Source of the DNA: Podarcis filfolensis
Lineage: Eukaryota
Length of the DNA stretch: 64,000 nt
Assembly: GCA_964270895.1 (NCBI GenBank)
Contig: OZ185436.1
Reading direction: 5' to 3' (one strand)
The notes under the pieces were generated by a model that did no database searches, was not told the DNA's origin, and saw only the letters and a program-made list of their open reading frames with translations. Below, one piece after another: positions 51,149 through 64,000 of the stretch (position 1 is the first letter of the stretch; each line of letters opens with the position of its first letter). The position numbers and the translations under genes are program-made.

Positions 51149-54100
51149 TATGCTGGAACCTTCTTATCTGGCCAAAAGACCCCCAGAAGCCACTCTATAC
51201 ACATGCATAAAGCTTGGAAGGTACAGACATCAGTTTTCAAAGTGAGAATCTCTTGCAACTCTCAAGCCAAAAATGGATTTGAAAGTGCTACCAAGGCCCA
51301 AGTTTGACCTCCCTGCTACCTTGTCAGGCAATCTCTCCCAGTTGCCCATCCCCAACCCTGTCTACAAAAATAAGAAAAAGAAAAAAGCAAGCTCTTACTG
51401 AGACTAGACGTTTTGTTTTATATATAAACAGTCATTTATATACTTGCTGGTTACATAAAATATGTATTTAAATAAAATATGTATTTCCATTTCACAAGTT
51501 AGCCACTTATACCTCTGGATCAATATTTATATATCTTCTTTTCCTGTTTATTTGTTTTTCTCCTGTATCAGTGTAACCTATGTTTTTAACAATATACAGG
51601 TAGTTAAAAGGTTGCTATTTGCTATAGATGCTTTTGTGTAAATGAGATAATAAACATACTAGAACCACAACTGATTATGCAAAGCTTTGGTGTCTGGAAA
51701 GGGTTGGGATTAAAAGATCAGTAGCAGGCTTTGATTAGCAAATTATACTGTAATCAGTGTTTGAAACTTCTAGGTGCATTTTGCGAGAGGGAATTTCATT
51801 AGTGTGAGCAGTTTCTGAGCTCAGGGCGCAGTACTGCACCTAAGATTTCAAATTAAAACTGCAGAGTGGAAGAAAAGGAGGACCTTTGTTCTGCCTCCCC
51901 ACTTGCAGCTACTCTCTGAAGACTGGAGAAAGAGTATTAGGGGGGTGGACAGGGGAAGGACTAGAAGTGCGTCTAGACATTCCGTTGTGCCCATAACCTA
52001 GGTTTAAGGTGCCATTTAGCTCATTAGCTTTCATGTCTCAATTTGCAACACTGGTTGTGATGTACAAATCTTGTTCCCCCAGCATTTGTTTTAAAAGGCG
52101 GAATAAAATGCACTTAAAAAAGCATATTTAGCTCCTTTTTAGAAGAGTATTCTGAATTGAGTGATACAAGTAAATAATTTGTTGTGTAAAAAAAAACATA
52201 ACTAGGGACATTGTTGCAAACTGGAATGTTAATAATCTCACAATTTGTTCTACCAGGAGGGCAACAACAGTGACATTTTGTTCTCTATTCTGAAGACAAG
52301 TGAAATTGTTTTTTCCTTGGCAAATTAATCACCCAGCTTTGTCATATTAAAACTGCAACCTTACATTAAAAACAACAACCTTCCTCTAACAGTGTGAGTA
52401 GAAATACAATTTTATTCCTATTCTTTATACCAAGGTTATATCCATTTTTTCCAGCACTGCCTGACAGGTTTCCCCTCTCAGTATGCTACACACTTGAAAA
52501 CTGCATAGCCACACAATGTAAAATTTATTGGCTAGTTCAAAAAAGATGAAATGTAGCTGGGTGCGTGCTAGGAAATCAGGGCACACCCAACATTGAAACG
52601 ACTGTAAATTCAGTACCTTCAAATCAACAGAACTAAGCAGAAGGACCAGTTCTTCATGTTGTTTTTATGGATTCCTACCCTTGGTGAATAATAGTGGGTT
52701 CAAAACATGCAGAAATAGCATGTGGGTAGGTTTCCCCCCTAGATTTGTCCTTAGCACGGGGCTGCTGAGGCAATACAACACATCTAGAGAGTTATGCAGT
52801 TAATTCAGTTGAATTGTATGGTTTGTTTTGGCATTTTTCTGTTTGCAGTGTGTAAATCCATAGTGACAAATGTAACATTTGTAAGCTTCTTTACATAATA
52901 TTTGTGTTTTAGCTCATATTATTTGAACTCCAATTAACATTAAACCATTTATTCGTTAACCAGCTTGATCTTCCCTACAAATATAATCAATGTGATTCAT
53001 GTAACAGTTTTGCAACATCAAGAATTGATCTGTTACTTCATGACAACTGTTCTCACTAAAACATGAATCAAAACTAAAATTCCACTTGCAGCAATATACA
53101 CAATGAACTAATGTTTCATGGGCAAGTGTCAAACTTACAGTAATTTTGACTGGAAATATGGAAAAAAGGTTTTCGGGCATATGTCCTGTGACCAATGTAA
53201 CAACAACAATTTTATTATTTATATGCCACCAAACTGACTGGTTTGCCCCAGACACTCTGGGTGGCTTCCAGCAAAATATAAAAACACAATAAATAACAAG
53301 AACAGAACAGCTTATTTGATGAGAAAAATTATTCTCCATTCCTACATGTCCCAAGTGGTCATTTAAAAGAATGTACTTCATCTATTTATGAATCCCTCTT
53401 TCCTCTCATTAAAGTACTTCAACTCCCAAGATGTGTAAAACAACTTAAAGATTCTTTATGTTAAGAATAATGAATGCTTGTAGAAAGTGTTAGTGGTTTT
53501 GCTTTTTCCTTTTGCATAGGCAGCCTTTAGCCTTCTACCATTTACAGTTATGCTCCACGGTACTTTCCGTCTGAATGCCAACTTCCTTCACAAGTCTAAC
53601 TTCAATAATTAACATAATTGAAATAATGGATTAACTACAGGGATTCTGCTGCACCAATAGTTCACAAATGTTAAGGAGTCCCAAACAGCTAATGGAGCAA
53701 TTTCCATTTATATTTTGCTTTCCAACATCCTCCTCCCCGCTCTCAAAGACCAAATGGAAATTTCACAGACCAAAGAGTTGGATGTAGCTCTTTTCAGATA
53801 AATTGTTTTGAACAATCCATAAACAGTCCATTTCCATTATAACATGACTTTTTAATAAAATACAAAATCTACAGTGGAAAAGTTACTAGTTTCCAGGGGA
53901 TTATGCTCAACAGAAAGAAAATGTAAGTGTGAATAATGAGCATCTGGACCATATACACGTAATTTAGTGCATGGATGGGGGAGGGAGTAAATGTAGAAAT
54001 AAACCAATTCTTTATCAATTTTTGGGATCAAGCTAGATCATTTTTCTCCCAGCTGTACACCAAAAAACTGTGAAAGCAAACCAAAGAGTATAAAGTGCCT

Positions 54101-54869
54101 TAATTCAAGGATTAAATCTATTACTCTCCACCTGAATCTCTATTTTAGCTTCCTCTCATAGGCAAATTTTCTTTTGAACAAGCACAGATGTTGCCCAGAA
54201 CAAAGAAATGATTACAGTTCCTGTTCAGAGGGTTTATAATCAATCAGAAAAAAGAAAAATAAGGTAAGATACTTGGATGTAAGCAAACTATTTAAGATTT
54301 GTGAACTTGTCATAATGACTGCAGAGTAATCCATTGATATACTGTAAACCGATTTTTATTTCTTTTTATAGCGGAAATTCAAGAATTAATTATTTGACAA
54401 AACAATTCTGGAACATGTATGAGAAACCAGAATGAGATAAGCTCATTTCAGAGCTAAATTAGATATATTATTTGTCTGAATGCAGTCAGGATGTGTGTTA
54501 CATAAACAGAAGGCCAAGGGAAGTCTCAGCAGCCCTGGAACAGTGGGGTCTATAGAGGGGGGAGTTTAAGTATCACTCTGCCAGGTACGGGGGGGGGGGG
54601 GAAACTAATATTTGAAGTTACCATTTTGATTTCAATGAAAGTGTCCAATGGGAGTTTCTCTTAGAAGTCACGTAGGAAGATAAAAACACAAGTGATCCCT
54701 CCTGTATTAGAATAAAGACCCATCCAAGTCCAGCATCAAAATTCTCAACTAGATGTCATTGGGAAGGCCAATAGCAGGACATGAATGCAACAACAATCTT
54801 TTTCCCTTCAGGGACTGGTATTCTGAAGAATGTCATCACTAATCCTGGAGGTTGCATAATTCTCAAGAT

Positions 54870-55233
54870 TAAAGGTAAAGGTACCCCTGCCCGTACAGGC
54901 CAGTCGTGTCCGACTCTAGGGTTGTGCGCCCATCTCACTTAAGAGGCCGGGGGCCAGCACTGTCCAGAGACACTTCCGGGTCAGGTGGCCAGCGTGACGA
55001 AGCTGCTCTGGCGAGCCAGCACCAGCGCAGCACACAGAAACGCCGTTTACCTTCCCGCTATAAAGCGGTACCTATTTATCTACTTGCACTTAAGAGTGCT
55101 TTCGAACTGCTAGGTGGGCAGGAGCTGGGACCGAACGACGGGAGCTCACCCGGCCGCGGGGATTCGAACCGCCGACCATGCGATTGGCAAGCCCTAGGCG
55201 CTGAGGTTTTACCCACAGCGCCACCCGCGTCCC
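54870..55233 (-). mobile_element. Full-length Sauria SINE of a second subfamily
   Basis: Reverse complement of the gggacgcgggtggcgctgtggg head at 55233 and (taaagg)n tail at 54870; near-perfect 15-bp TSD taattctca(a/t)gatta at 54857-54871 and 55237-55251; many intact CpGs. Confidence 0.9.
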
Positions 55234-57859
55234 CGCTAATTCTCATGATTAGTAGTCATCAATAGCCTTATCTTCCATGAATTCGTCTAATTTTACTTTT
55301 AAGCTAAGTTGGTGGCCATCATCCCATCTTGTGGCACTGACTTCACCAGTGCAACTACATAAGAGAATGAAGGAGTACCTTTTCCCTCACGTTTGTTGTG
55401 AATCTCCCATCTTCCCTGAATTACTCTGGGTTCTAGTAACCCTACCCACTCTGTCCACGTTGTGTGTAATTTTATGCATCTCTATCATCTCCCCACTTAA
55501 GTGTGTGTGTGTGTGTGTGTTTCTAATCTGAAAAACCACAAACATTGTAACCTTTCATTACAGGGAGTTGCTCCTGATCATTTTAAGTTTCCTTTTTCTG
55601 TGCCTTTTTCAGCTCCACGGTATCCGTTTTGACAAAAATGACAAAAGCTTTAGACAGCATGCCAAGTGTGGCCAGGTCGTAGGCATTATAATATTAGCAG
55701 CTTCGTTTCTGATCTCTTCCTGAACAATACCTAACATGGAATTTACCTTCTTCACAGCATCTGCACACATGCTTCTGAGACAACTACCTCAAATTTTAAT
55801 CTCCTATCTAAACCTTTACTTCAAGAACTGCATGGTTACATTTCCCCCATGTTATTGGTGACGACATGCACAATGACAACAGACTCCTGCTCCCCAGCAC
55901 TACCAGAACATGTTGAGATGGTCAGAGTTGTGTCAGGGAGTCGAAGAGTTACATTTCTCTTCCCCATCCTCCACAGTGGCAAGGCTGCTCAGGCTTTCTC
56001 TTGGCTTATATTTACATAACACAAAAGACAAGCACATGTAGTTTGACCCTCAGTAATAAGATATTCCCCCCCCCCCCGCACATATCTTCAGATATTTTCT
56101 AGCTCCTTCCCTACATGCCCTCTCCAAAAAGCAAAAAGATAAATATATCTATAAGTGCCTGCTACTAAAAGAACGGCATCGTATTTAGCAGCATGCCTGA
56201 GGATGTAGTTTTAATGCTAGCTTTCTAGTTTCTATTCTCTATGTTGAGTTTCTAATTGATGGTAATCAGCGATCTCCTCCCACTCACATAGCTGGTTGGG
56301 TTGAAGACTGTAGCTGCTTCCCAGCAAGACTGCAGCATTGACATGAGAGTTCAGATGGATGTAAACACTCATTCATATCACCCCCGTGATCAGAAATTCA
56401 CACTGTCCCTTTATTGCACACTCTCACTTTAGAGTACAAACACTTTGTTTGCTAGCTGCCATAACCATGTTTGCTGTGACATGCATTCCATGCAGATCAA
56501 ATCACACTATTTCTCCTCCCTCAGAATTGCAGGGGGGAGGGGAACATGGTTTGCACCCGGCCAACCATCCAGAGATGACCTTGGAACTAACTGCAAAATG
56601 ACTGGTTTTGTTTTGATGGGAAGGACTCGGGTTGGGACTGGTTTTATCCAGTGCAGCCTCTGCGGTGGGGTCTTGACCAGTACCCACCCACCTACCCTTG
56701 ACCCAGTGAGGGATTTTTTTCCCTGGTTTCCAAGTTTGGTTGCAGCCACAGAGGAATTTTTCCTCCCCTGGAGTTCCTGATTACTTTTGGATTTTACAGG
56801 TCTTCTGCCTAAGTCACACTGGGCTTGGGAAGTTTGGCAATTGTCCAGGCTCCCACCTTTTCCCCATTTTGGCAGATACAGTGCTGGGTTAGGTGAATTG
56901 GTGTGAAGGGAAAAATGGTGAACACCTTGAGGCACCTTCTAGGAGATGAAAGTAACACATCTGTTTTGCATGCAGAAGGTCCCAGGTGCGGGAGATTTGC
57001 AGTCAAACCTAACAATCCACATTTCCTAGTTAGTATATGAAGGAGTTAAGGACCACAGAGTTCTAATTGCTACAGTTGGCTAATTTAGTTCACACTCTCT
57101 CCTCTCCTGAAAGGAAGTAAATAAGGCCTGTTTCCTGTCATCCACCCCACTCTTCACACTGCAAATAATGGAGTGCCATCTTGCTGAATTTCAACTAAGA
57201 TTATTTTTGCCTGCATTATTTTATTGCTGCTGTATAGTGAAAATGCATATCTGAGACCTATAAACTAAGTAAATCATTTTAAAGCTTGCCCAAAAAACCA
57301 AGGATTATGTATTATGATCCTCTGACTTATAGGAGCCCACATCCTCTGACTTATAGGAACCACTTCACACAGGAGCAATACCTATTTGCAGATCCTTCAG
57401 AGTTTTTCTAATAAATTTGTTGCCAATTAAAAATCCCAGACCTGAGTTTTCTCTCTCATTTGTAGGACTATGGGTGCAACTCTCATGCTCTACTTGCATA
57501 GAATCGCCAGAATCTCATAGGTGTCCAAGTCTAGAATGGATCTTCCTTGTCTGCAGCATTTCTATAATTTAGTTTCTTTCCATCATTTCTTTTTTTAAAT
57601 CTATGCATTAGCTGGCAACTCATCATACTTCTTTTACTAGAGAGGAATAGTATTCAGGCCATTTTCCCGCACTGCTGATTGTGAGCAGCATTTCCATTTG
57701 AATCAGTGGCTTGCTATGAATCAACCCCCAGCCAGTCCAATTATCCCACAATCCAACCTCTCATCTCAAACCTCCTTTATCCTCAATGGATAAAATACAC
57801 AGAAGTTAAAATCCATTTCCCCCATACATTCTGGGGCAGGGGGAAAGTATGATGCCATT

Positions 57860-57862
<3 letters not shown>

Positions 57863-57904
<42 letters not shown>
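57863..57904. repeat. (CA)n microsatellite
   Basis: Read directly from the sequence. Confidence 0.95.
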
Positions 57905-57907
<3 letters not shown>

Positions 57908-60900
57908 TCACTTCGCAGGATTACATTCTTTCATAGTTCCAGAGGCTTCCTAAAGATGTATGTCTCTCACTGCTCCACAACTAATCCAGGGACTGATAAC
58001 AACACTGTGAGAAAGCCAAGAAATCTTTTGGCAGTTTTACAAGGAAATTGTTGATGGGACAGAAATTCTGCCCACATTAAGTGTTTGTTTCTTAAAAACC
58101 TATATTGATTCCTAGTTCAAAGAAAAAAATCAGGGCATCATTTGGCTGGTACCATTGAGTGGCTACCTGTCTAGTCATGGGTATCATTCTTAGGGTCCTG
58201 AACTAAGAACAGCCTGCTGGTGCATTTGACTGTAAACTCTGTTTCAAAGTTGAGGAACAGATGGATACACAATTTCTTCTGTCTGAGGACAGCTTAGAAG
58301 TAATTGAGTATGATGCCCTAGCATGTCAATCAATGGCTGGTAACACCTTTCAACTTTTCTTTTTCTTTGTTTATTGCACTCTGTCCTAGAACTAATAAGC
58401 TTGCACATACTTCTCCAACACCAAATTCAGAGGGTGCCAGGAACAATATGGAATAAACTTTAATACCCATATAAACAGCCTATTAAATTCAGTTTATATT
58501 TGTAGAAAAGAATCATTCTACTGATCATCAGAGTGTTACTCAGATAGTCACTTTTATTTTGGCAGTTGCATTACAGCTCTGTACAATATCCAGCTGAGCC
58601 TTTTCCTATAATTATCAAGTGCATTAGGCTTCATCTCCTCTAAACATGTAGCCATGAAAAGAAGTGGCAGTCAGTTATTATTTCAGTGGCTTTCAATGAA
58701 ATGACTGCCTTCAGCTTGCACAATGATTTTGAACAACACTGACTGGGCTGGGATTTGAGCATGCATCTCCCAGGCCAAAAGGAAAATGCTCTTATCTTCC
58801 AGACATGAATAAAGCAGGCATTAGTTCGTGGCAACTTCTAATTATTTGTTGATCATGTGGTTTAGGCTCTGGTCCTCAACAAACTCTACTAGAAATAACT
58901 AGTAGGGTTTCATTTCTAAGCAATGAACTTATGACCAGGATGTTAGCAGCTATTATCGTGCTTAACCTCACAAATACGTACCAATTATTTGTGGTGAAAT
59001 TTAACATAAAAGAACTATAGATATTCCTTCCAGTAGTACTCTACTGGTGTCAAGGATTAAAAGAAACAAAGGGCACCAAAGTGAAAAGTATTTCCAATTT
59101 TTTAAAAGAAGCCTTAGTTTGAAATTATGATCTCAGCACAGCATGCCTTGTCCTAGACATTATGTAGTGGCATTTTGTTTTAGGATTCAAGCTCCTCTAC
59201 AGCATCAGGATCAATATAATATTGTTAAAGGTAAGAACACATGAGTTTCACAAGGCACTCTTGAAACTGAGAAGACATTTCATAGAGAACACTGAACACA
59301 ACCCACATACTCTGTTCTGCATGCTATGGCTCTGTTAAAGAAGTGAAAATAATAAACATAAGAACTGGTGTGTCCAAGGGATATGGATTTGTGCCACTTT
59401 GAGGCAACGTTGAATCACAAATACATTTTCATCTTCATGGGAAGAAATTAATGGAAGACAGGAAACTCAAACTAGGACTTGAAATAAGAAAAAACCCAAA
59501 GCTATGTGCCTAGCATGTGCCACCCACACCTGTGCTTATTAATTTGCCCACACCTCAGTGGTGTTTGGAACAACCAGGAAGCATATTTGCAGCTTCCAGC
59601 TGTGATGAGTCCTGTCATGCAATATGTTCAGGCCTATCTTTTTGAGTTGCCAGCTTTATTAAGTCAGCAACAGGGATTCAGCCTACATACAATTATCACA
59701 TTCCATCACAATGGCCACCTGGAGACCCCAGAAACTATCTTAAGCTTCCAGTAAGAGGGTCACATTTTATATGTATTTAAGCTTGATTGCTGACAACTAA
59801 ACTGACCAAAAAAAATTTCAGATGCTGAAGTACTGCCCAAATAATGTCTTATGGTAGAAGACAGAACTGTGTGAATAACGCTATCCACCCTGTGCAGCTG
59901 GTCTGCTGCTCTCAGGTCTGGTTTGCCTTTAGTATATGGAATGGGAGAGAGGTGTAATTTTGTCCTTTGCCCCTGGCACCAAAATAACTTGGACCCAGCC
60001 CTGCACATAAAATAGAATATACTTTCCAACAACTCTGGCAGACTCCATTGAGAAGATGCTAGGAGGTGGTGGAACAAACCAATGTAATTCCATAATAGGT
60101 GTCTCGCAAGCAATGCCTTCCCCATCTCTCCACTGCCCATTTCTCAAAACACCCCCCCACTCCCAGCTCTCATTCCTTTCCCCCTTGCATTTCTTCTGGT
60201 AGAGAACTGCAGCCCTGAGTGACACAGTTTCCTAATGTTTCTTATTAGCAGCAAGAAGCCATTGCTTAACAATGGCTCTGCTTGCCCAGAATTCCCTCTC
60301 ATCTTTCTTCACATTCCAGGAAGGAGCATTTTGGAAAGCAGCTGTTGCATAAATGATAAGAGGGAGAAAACATGAAAACATACCCATCCTTTCTTACTCA
60401 TTCATCTGCACTCCCACCCTCTCACAAGCAGTGTGGAGAGAAAAGAGGAAGAGGGGAGTGCTGGGGGAGGGGGGAGCATCTGCATCAGTTATCTCGTTCC
60501 CATTCTTAATTACCATTGCCTGAAATGGCAGTTTCAAAGAAGCAAAAAAATAAGAAGAAAAGGGGGGATGTGGTTTGGCTGCTTAGGGGCCAGGCAGTCC
60601 CTTGAAAGGAGCTAAGCTGGCTCACAAAATGCCACTTACCACCTCTAACTATCAAAAAGGTGGGGAGGTGGAACTGTCAATCATCTGATGTCAGATGACC
60701 AACTTTTACCTTTGTGGTAAACACTGTGGGCTCAAACCCCAACAATTGGGCACTGGCAATCAGCTGGTTGTTGGGGCATCAAAGCACTGCACACAAAGCT
60801 CACTTGCAAAGAGCAGTACATAGGATTTTGGAGTTGTCAACAATCAGGAGATCAGTGGTGCCTGCAAACCCCTTATTGGTCCAGCCACTAGTTTACTCAA

Positions 60901-61129
60901 CACACGCCTGACGTCGCATGAGATACTATGTGATATCAGGTGCATGACAGGTAGGTGTGGCTTGGTCCAAATGGCTTAACAGGCCAAATGAAGAGGCTTG
61001 GAAAACCTAATTAGGCCCCCAGTCTGGAGGTTCCTCAGCACTGCACTCCAGAATCTTGTTCCAGTATGCTGGGTATAATAAGCAATAACAGCTCTAAGGC
61101 CAATAGTGAATTTCCCAGTGTGCTGTAAT

Positions 61130-61320
61130 GCATAAAGTGCTGGACTAGGACTTGGGAGACTGGAGTTCAAAACCCCACTTGGTGATCCAGCACACCTGGT
61201 GACCTTGGGCCAGTCACTGCCTCTCAACCTAAACTACCTCACAGGGTTGTTGTGTGGATAAAAGGGGGAGAGGGGGAATTGAGCTCCTTAGAGGAAAGGT
61301 GGGATATAAATGTAATACAG
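61130..61320 (+). mobile_element. tRNA-derived SINE with a CORE/MIR-like body and an L2-like tail
   Basis: gtgctggactaggacttgggagactggagttcaaaaccc...gtgaccttgggccagtcactg...cctcacagggttgttgtg...gggatataaatg. Confidence 0.6.
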
Positions 61321-61446
61321 TATTAATAAAGTCACATAAGTCACTGATAAGAGAGAATAGCAAATGCTCACGTGTGTTGATGGACGTTTATCATACCTAC
61401 CACAGCCGGCAACTGAATAAATAAAGTGCTGTCACAAAAACTAGTA

Positions 61447-61696
61447 CCGTCGTACCTTGGTTTTCAAACAGCTTAGTTCTCGAAGGTTTTGGCTCCTGAA
61501 CGCTGCAAACCCGAAAGTGACTGTTCCAGTATGCGAACTATTTTTGGAAGCCAAAACTCCGACGGGGCTTCCGCGGCTTCCAATTGGCTGCAGGAACTTC
61601 CTGCAGCCAATTGGAAGCTGCACTTTGGTTTCTGAACATTTTGGAAGTCGAACGGACTTCTGGAATAAATTCCGTTCGACTTTCAAGGTACAAATG
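61447..61696. mobile_element. TA-flanked Tigger-like MITE with a central perfect hairpin
   Basis: ta|ccgtcgtaccttg ... caaggtacaaatg|ta; internal 21-bp arms at 61576-61596 and 61598-61618. Confidence 0.8.
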
Positions 61697-64000
61697 TACA
61701 GATATGTACAATAAGGAGCTGTGTCATGGCTACATGCAAAACTTATCCCCAGATGTTTGCTGGAAGACTAAGAACTACTGTTAATTCATCACTGAAACTG
61801 CTTTCATTTAACCATTTGCACCCACCCTTACTGTGTGTCTCTGCCACCACCCTATTCTAGGGTGTATCAACATTTAAATGCTTTAAAACTTAAGATCTTA
61901 AAAGAACCCAGTAAACCAGAGAGATGTCTGCTTTGTGGCTTAAGGAGTTTATATCAATACAGTCTGATCCTCAGCAGGATAAAAATGGGCTTAAAGGCAT
62001 TTATTTCCATAGACTTAGACTGTGATCCTCTGCATGCTTATCTCGTAGTAAGACCCACTGAGCTCAATAGGACCTGCTTCTTCATGGACATTGTTTAGAT
62101 TGCACTGTGCATCCCACTTAAATCTGCATATGGCTGGGCTGAGGTAACGCTTAAAGAAAAAGATTATAAATATGATCAGTGTCTTTGGATTTTAAAAAAA
62201 TCTATTTGATCTATATGATCAGTGTCTATATGAAAATCTATATGATCAGTGTCTTTGGATTTTAAAAAAATCTATATCATGCATGCTTAATATAGAGAGC
62301 AGCTAGTTATACTGTAATAGAAAGCAATCAAGTTGTTTCATCCCAAATAACAGTAGCCAAGACTACTGTATATGCTGTCCACGCTATAGACATGAGAGAA
62401 TACTTGAATGTTGGAATCTCATTTATTTGACCAGTGTTAATAACTCAAAATTAATGAACTACATATCTGCATTATATATTAACTATTTGGGCACAAGAAT
62501 ATCCCTGTTAGCATTCATTCATGAGCCATTCATGAGCCATTTGAATACACACATTCATGCAGAAAACAAAATTGCTTCTCTCCCCCCTGCTCCATCCAAA
62601 ATAAAGATGTCTCAGGTTAAGTAAGCCCCACTGAATACAGTGGAACTTACATAGTTTATACTGCCACACTTACATAGTTTATACTGTCACACTATAGCAA
62701 CCAAAGCTAGGAGCCTTTAATATATTTTGTTAGAGAAAAATCTCATTCTCAAATTTCATGGGTTTTTTTAGGCCTGACTCCTAAATTTGCCTACACTTAG
62801 GGCTTGATCCTGCCTCATACAGGCAGGATTCCCTCAGAACAATACAAAACTCCCTTTTTGCCTGCCTTGGCTGCACATACATAATATCACACAAGGTAAT
62901 GACAGAAAACAGGCACACTGCTCTAATGCGCATAGCCTGATGCTACGTGGATGTGAGAATAATTGTATTATGCCCTACGTAGATCCTTACATTTATAGAC
63001 CCTCCCCACGCCATGTCCTTCCAGTGAGCAACACTAGATTACTTCTCTATTCATTCGAAAGTGCTACTGTCTCAGAAGTACCGGTAATTCTTATATCTGT
63101 AGTCAAATACAGGGGGTGGGGGGTGAAATTGCACTAGTTCAATCCACAGTATTCTACTTACATCACCCATTAGCAGCAGACGTAAACTCAACAAAACTGT
63201 TTTACAAAACATTTAAAGGACATTCTGAGTTGTTGTTTTTTTAAGGCTTGTAAATTTGATTTTTTTAAAAATGTGTCCAATGGTAAATGAATTTCCAGAT
63301 TATTAAACAAGACTCTAGAAAGCATGAGTAATGAAACTGGAATGTTGCATTCCAAACAAACATAGAATAGCCTTGCATGTCCCCGAAACCTGTGTTTTAA
63401 GGAAACTGTGGTTTTGCATATTTGCAGCAATAAGTTATTAAGGAATAAGTTCCACTTCAAGTAATAACTCCCACTGCAATAAGGCCCACTGAATACATGC
63501 ACAGGACTTGTGCTTTTATGTACTAGCAGCAGCTAAGGTGGTTGTTTTTCCTTAAAACTACTGTTTGCCATTAGTAATGCTTTGTTTATAGATAAAATGC
63601 TAAGATACAGAAAATAGGTTATTTGTTTATTTTTGGAAGTACTAGAAAATGAAAACAAGGCTAGCTACAGCCCTCTACCACAATGGGCCCTCTTTCCATT
63701 TGGCCTGTTAGATATTCCAGGAACACCATTGTGTAGATGGCACACATTTTTATTTTTATTTTAAATCAAGAATGGTATTATTTGCTAGAAAGGATAGGAG
63801 CAGGTACAGCTTGCCTCTGCAGCAATAGGGCAATAACTACTAGCTATATGAACAGGAGGAACACAAGCAACCATCAGTGACAGAGGTCACTGCTTCATGG
63901 GTAAATTGATTAGAACGAGGGAAACTCAACCATGGCATTCAGTGGTGAAGTTGGACCAGCCACATGGTTAGCCTCCCCCCAGATTTTTTTTGTGAGGAGA

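Noticed and set aside
54589-54601. G13 homopolymer as a G-quadruplex or regulatory element
   Set aside because: An isolated run with no supporting context; homopolymer length is also error-prone in assemblies.

Overview
Vertebrate genomic DNA, most likely from a lacertid lizard (inferred from Sauria SINEs, lacertid-type L2 3' ends and MITE families). It holds two convergent protein-coding genes. On the + strand is the 3' end of PFKFB4 (6-phosphofructo-2-kinase/fructose-2,6-bisphosphatase 4): penultimate coding exon 1180-1244 and canonical last exon 6238-6297. On the - strand is the complete coding region of PRKCD (protein kinase C delta): 17 coding exons that I assembled by hand from GT-AG junctions, 45630 to 19196, 2046 nt, 681 aa plus stop. 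The region 45.7-64 kb appears to be PRKCD 5' intron or upstream DNA; I found no CpG island there. The rest is intronic or intergenic DNA with many SINEs, LINE 3' ends, MITEs and microsatellites. Apart from ORFs that overlap PRKCD exons or L2 ORF2 remnants, the supplied ORF track looks spurious. Best leads: (1) a second, paralogous PFKFB4 terminal exon at 11207-11266 (NVCVSRSREEALRTVPNHL* versus NVDISRPPEEALVTVPAHQ*), same length, same phase and rich in synonymous changes, implying switchable C-terminal tails; (2) a Penelope-like insertion in a PRKCD intron forming a perfect 79-bp inverted repeat with a minimal hammerhead ribozyme motif on each strand; (3) an out-of-frame upstream ATG 7 nt before the PRKCD start codon. 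All calls come from reading the sequence and from recalled family sequences; no searches were run.
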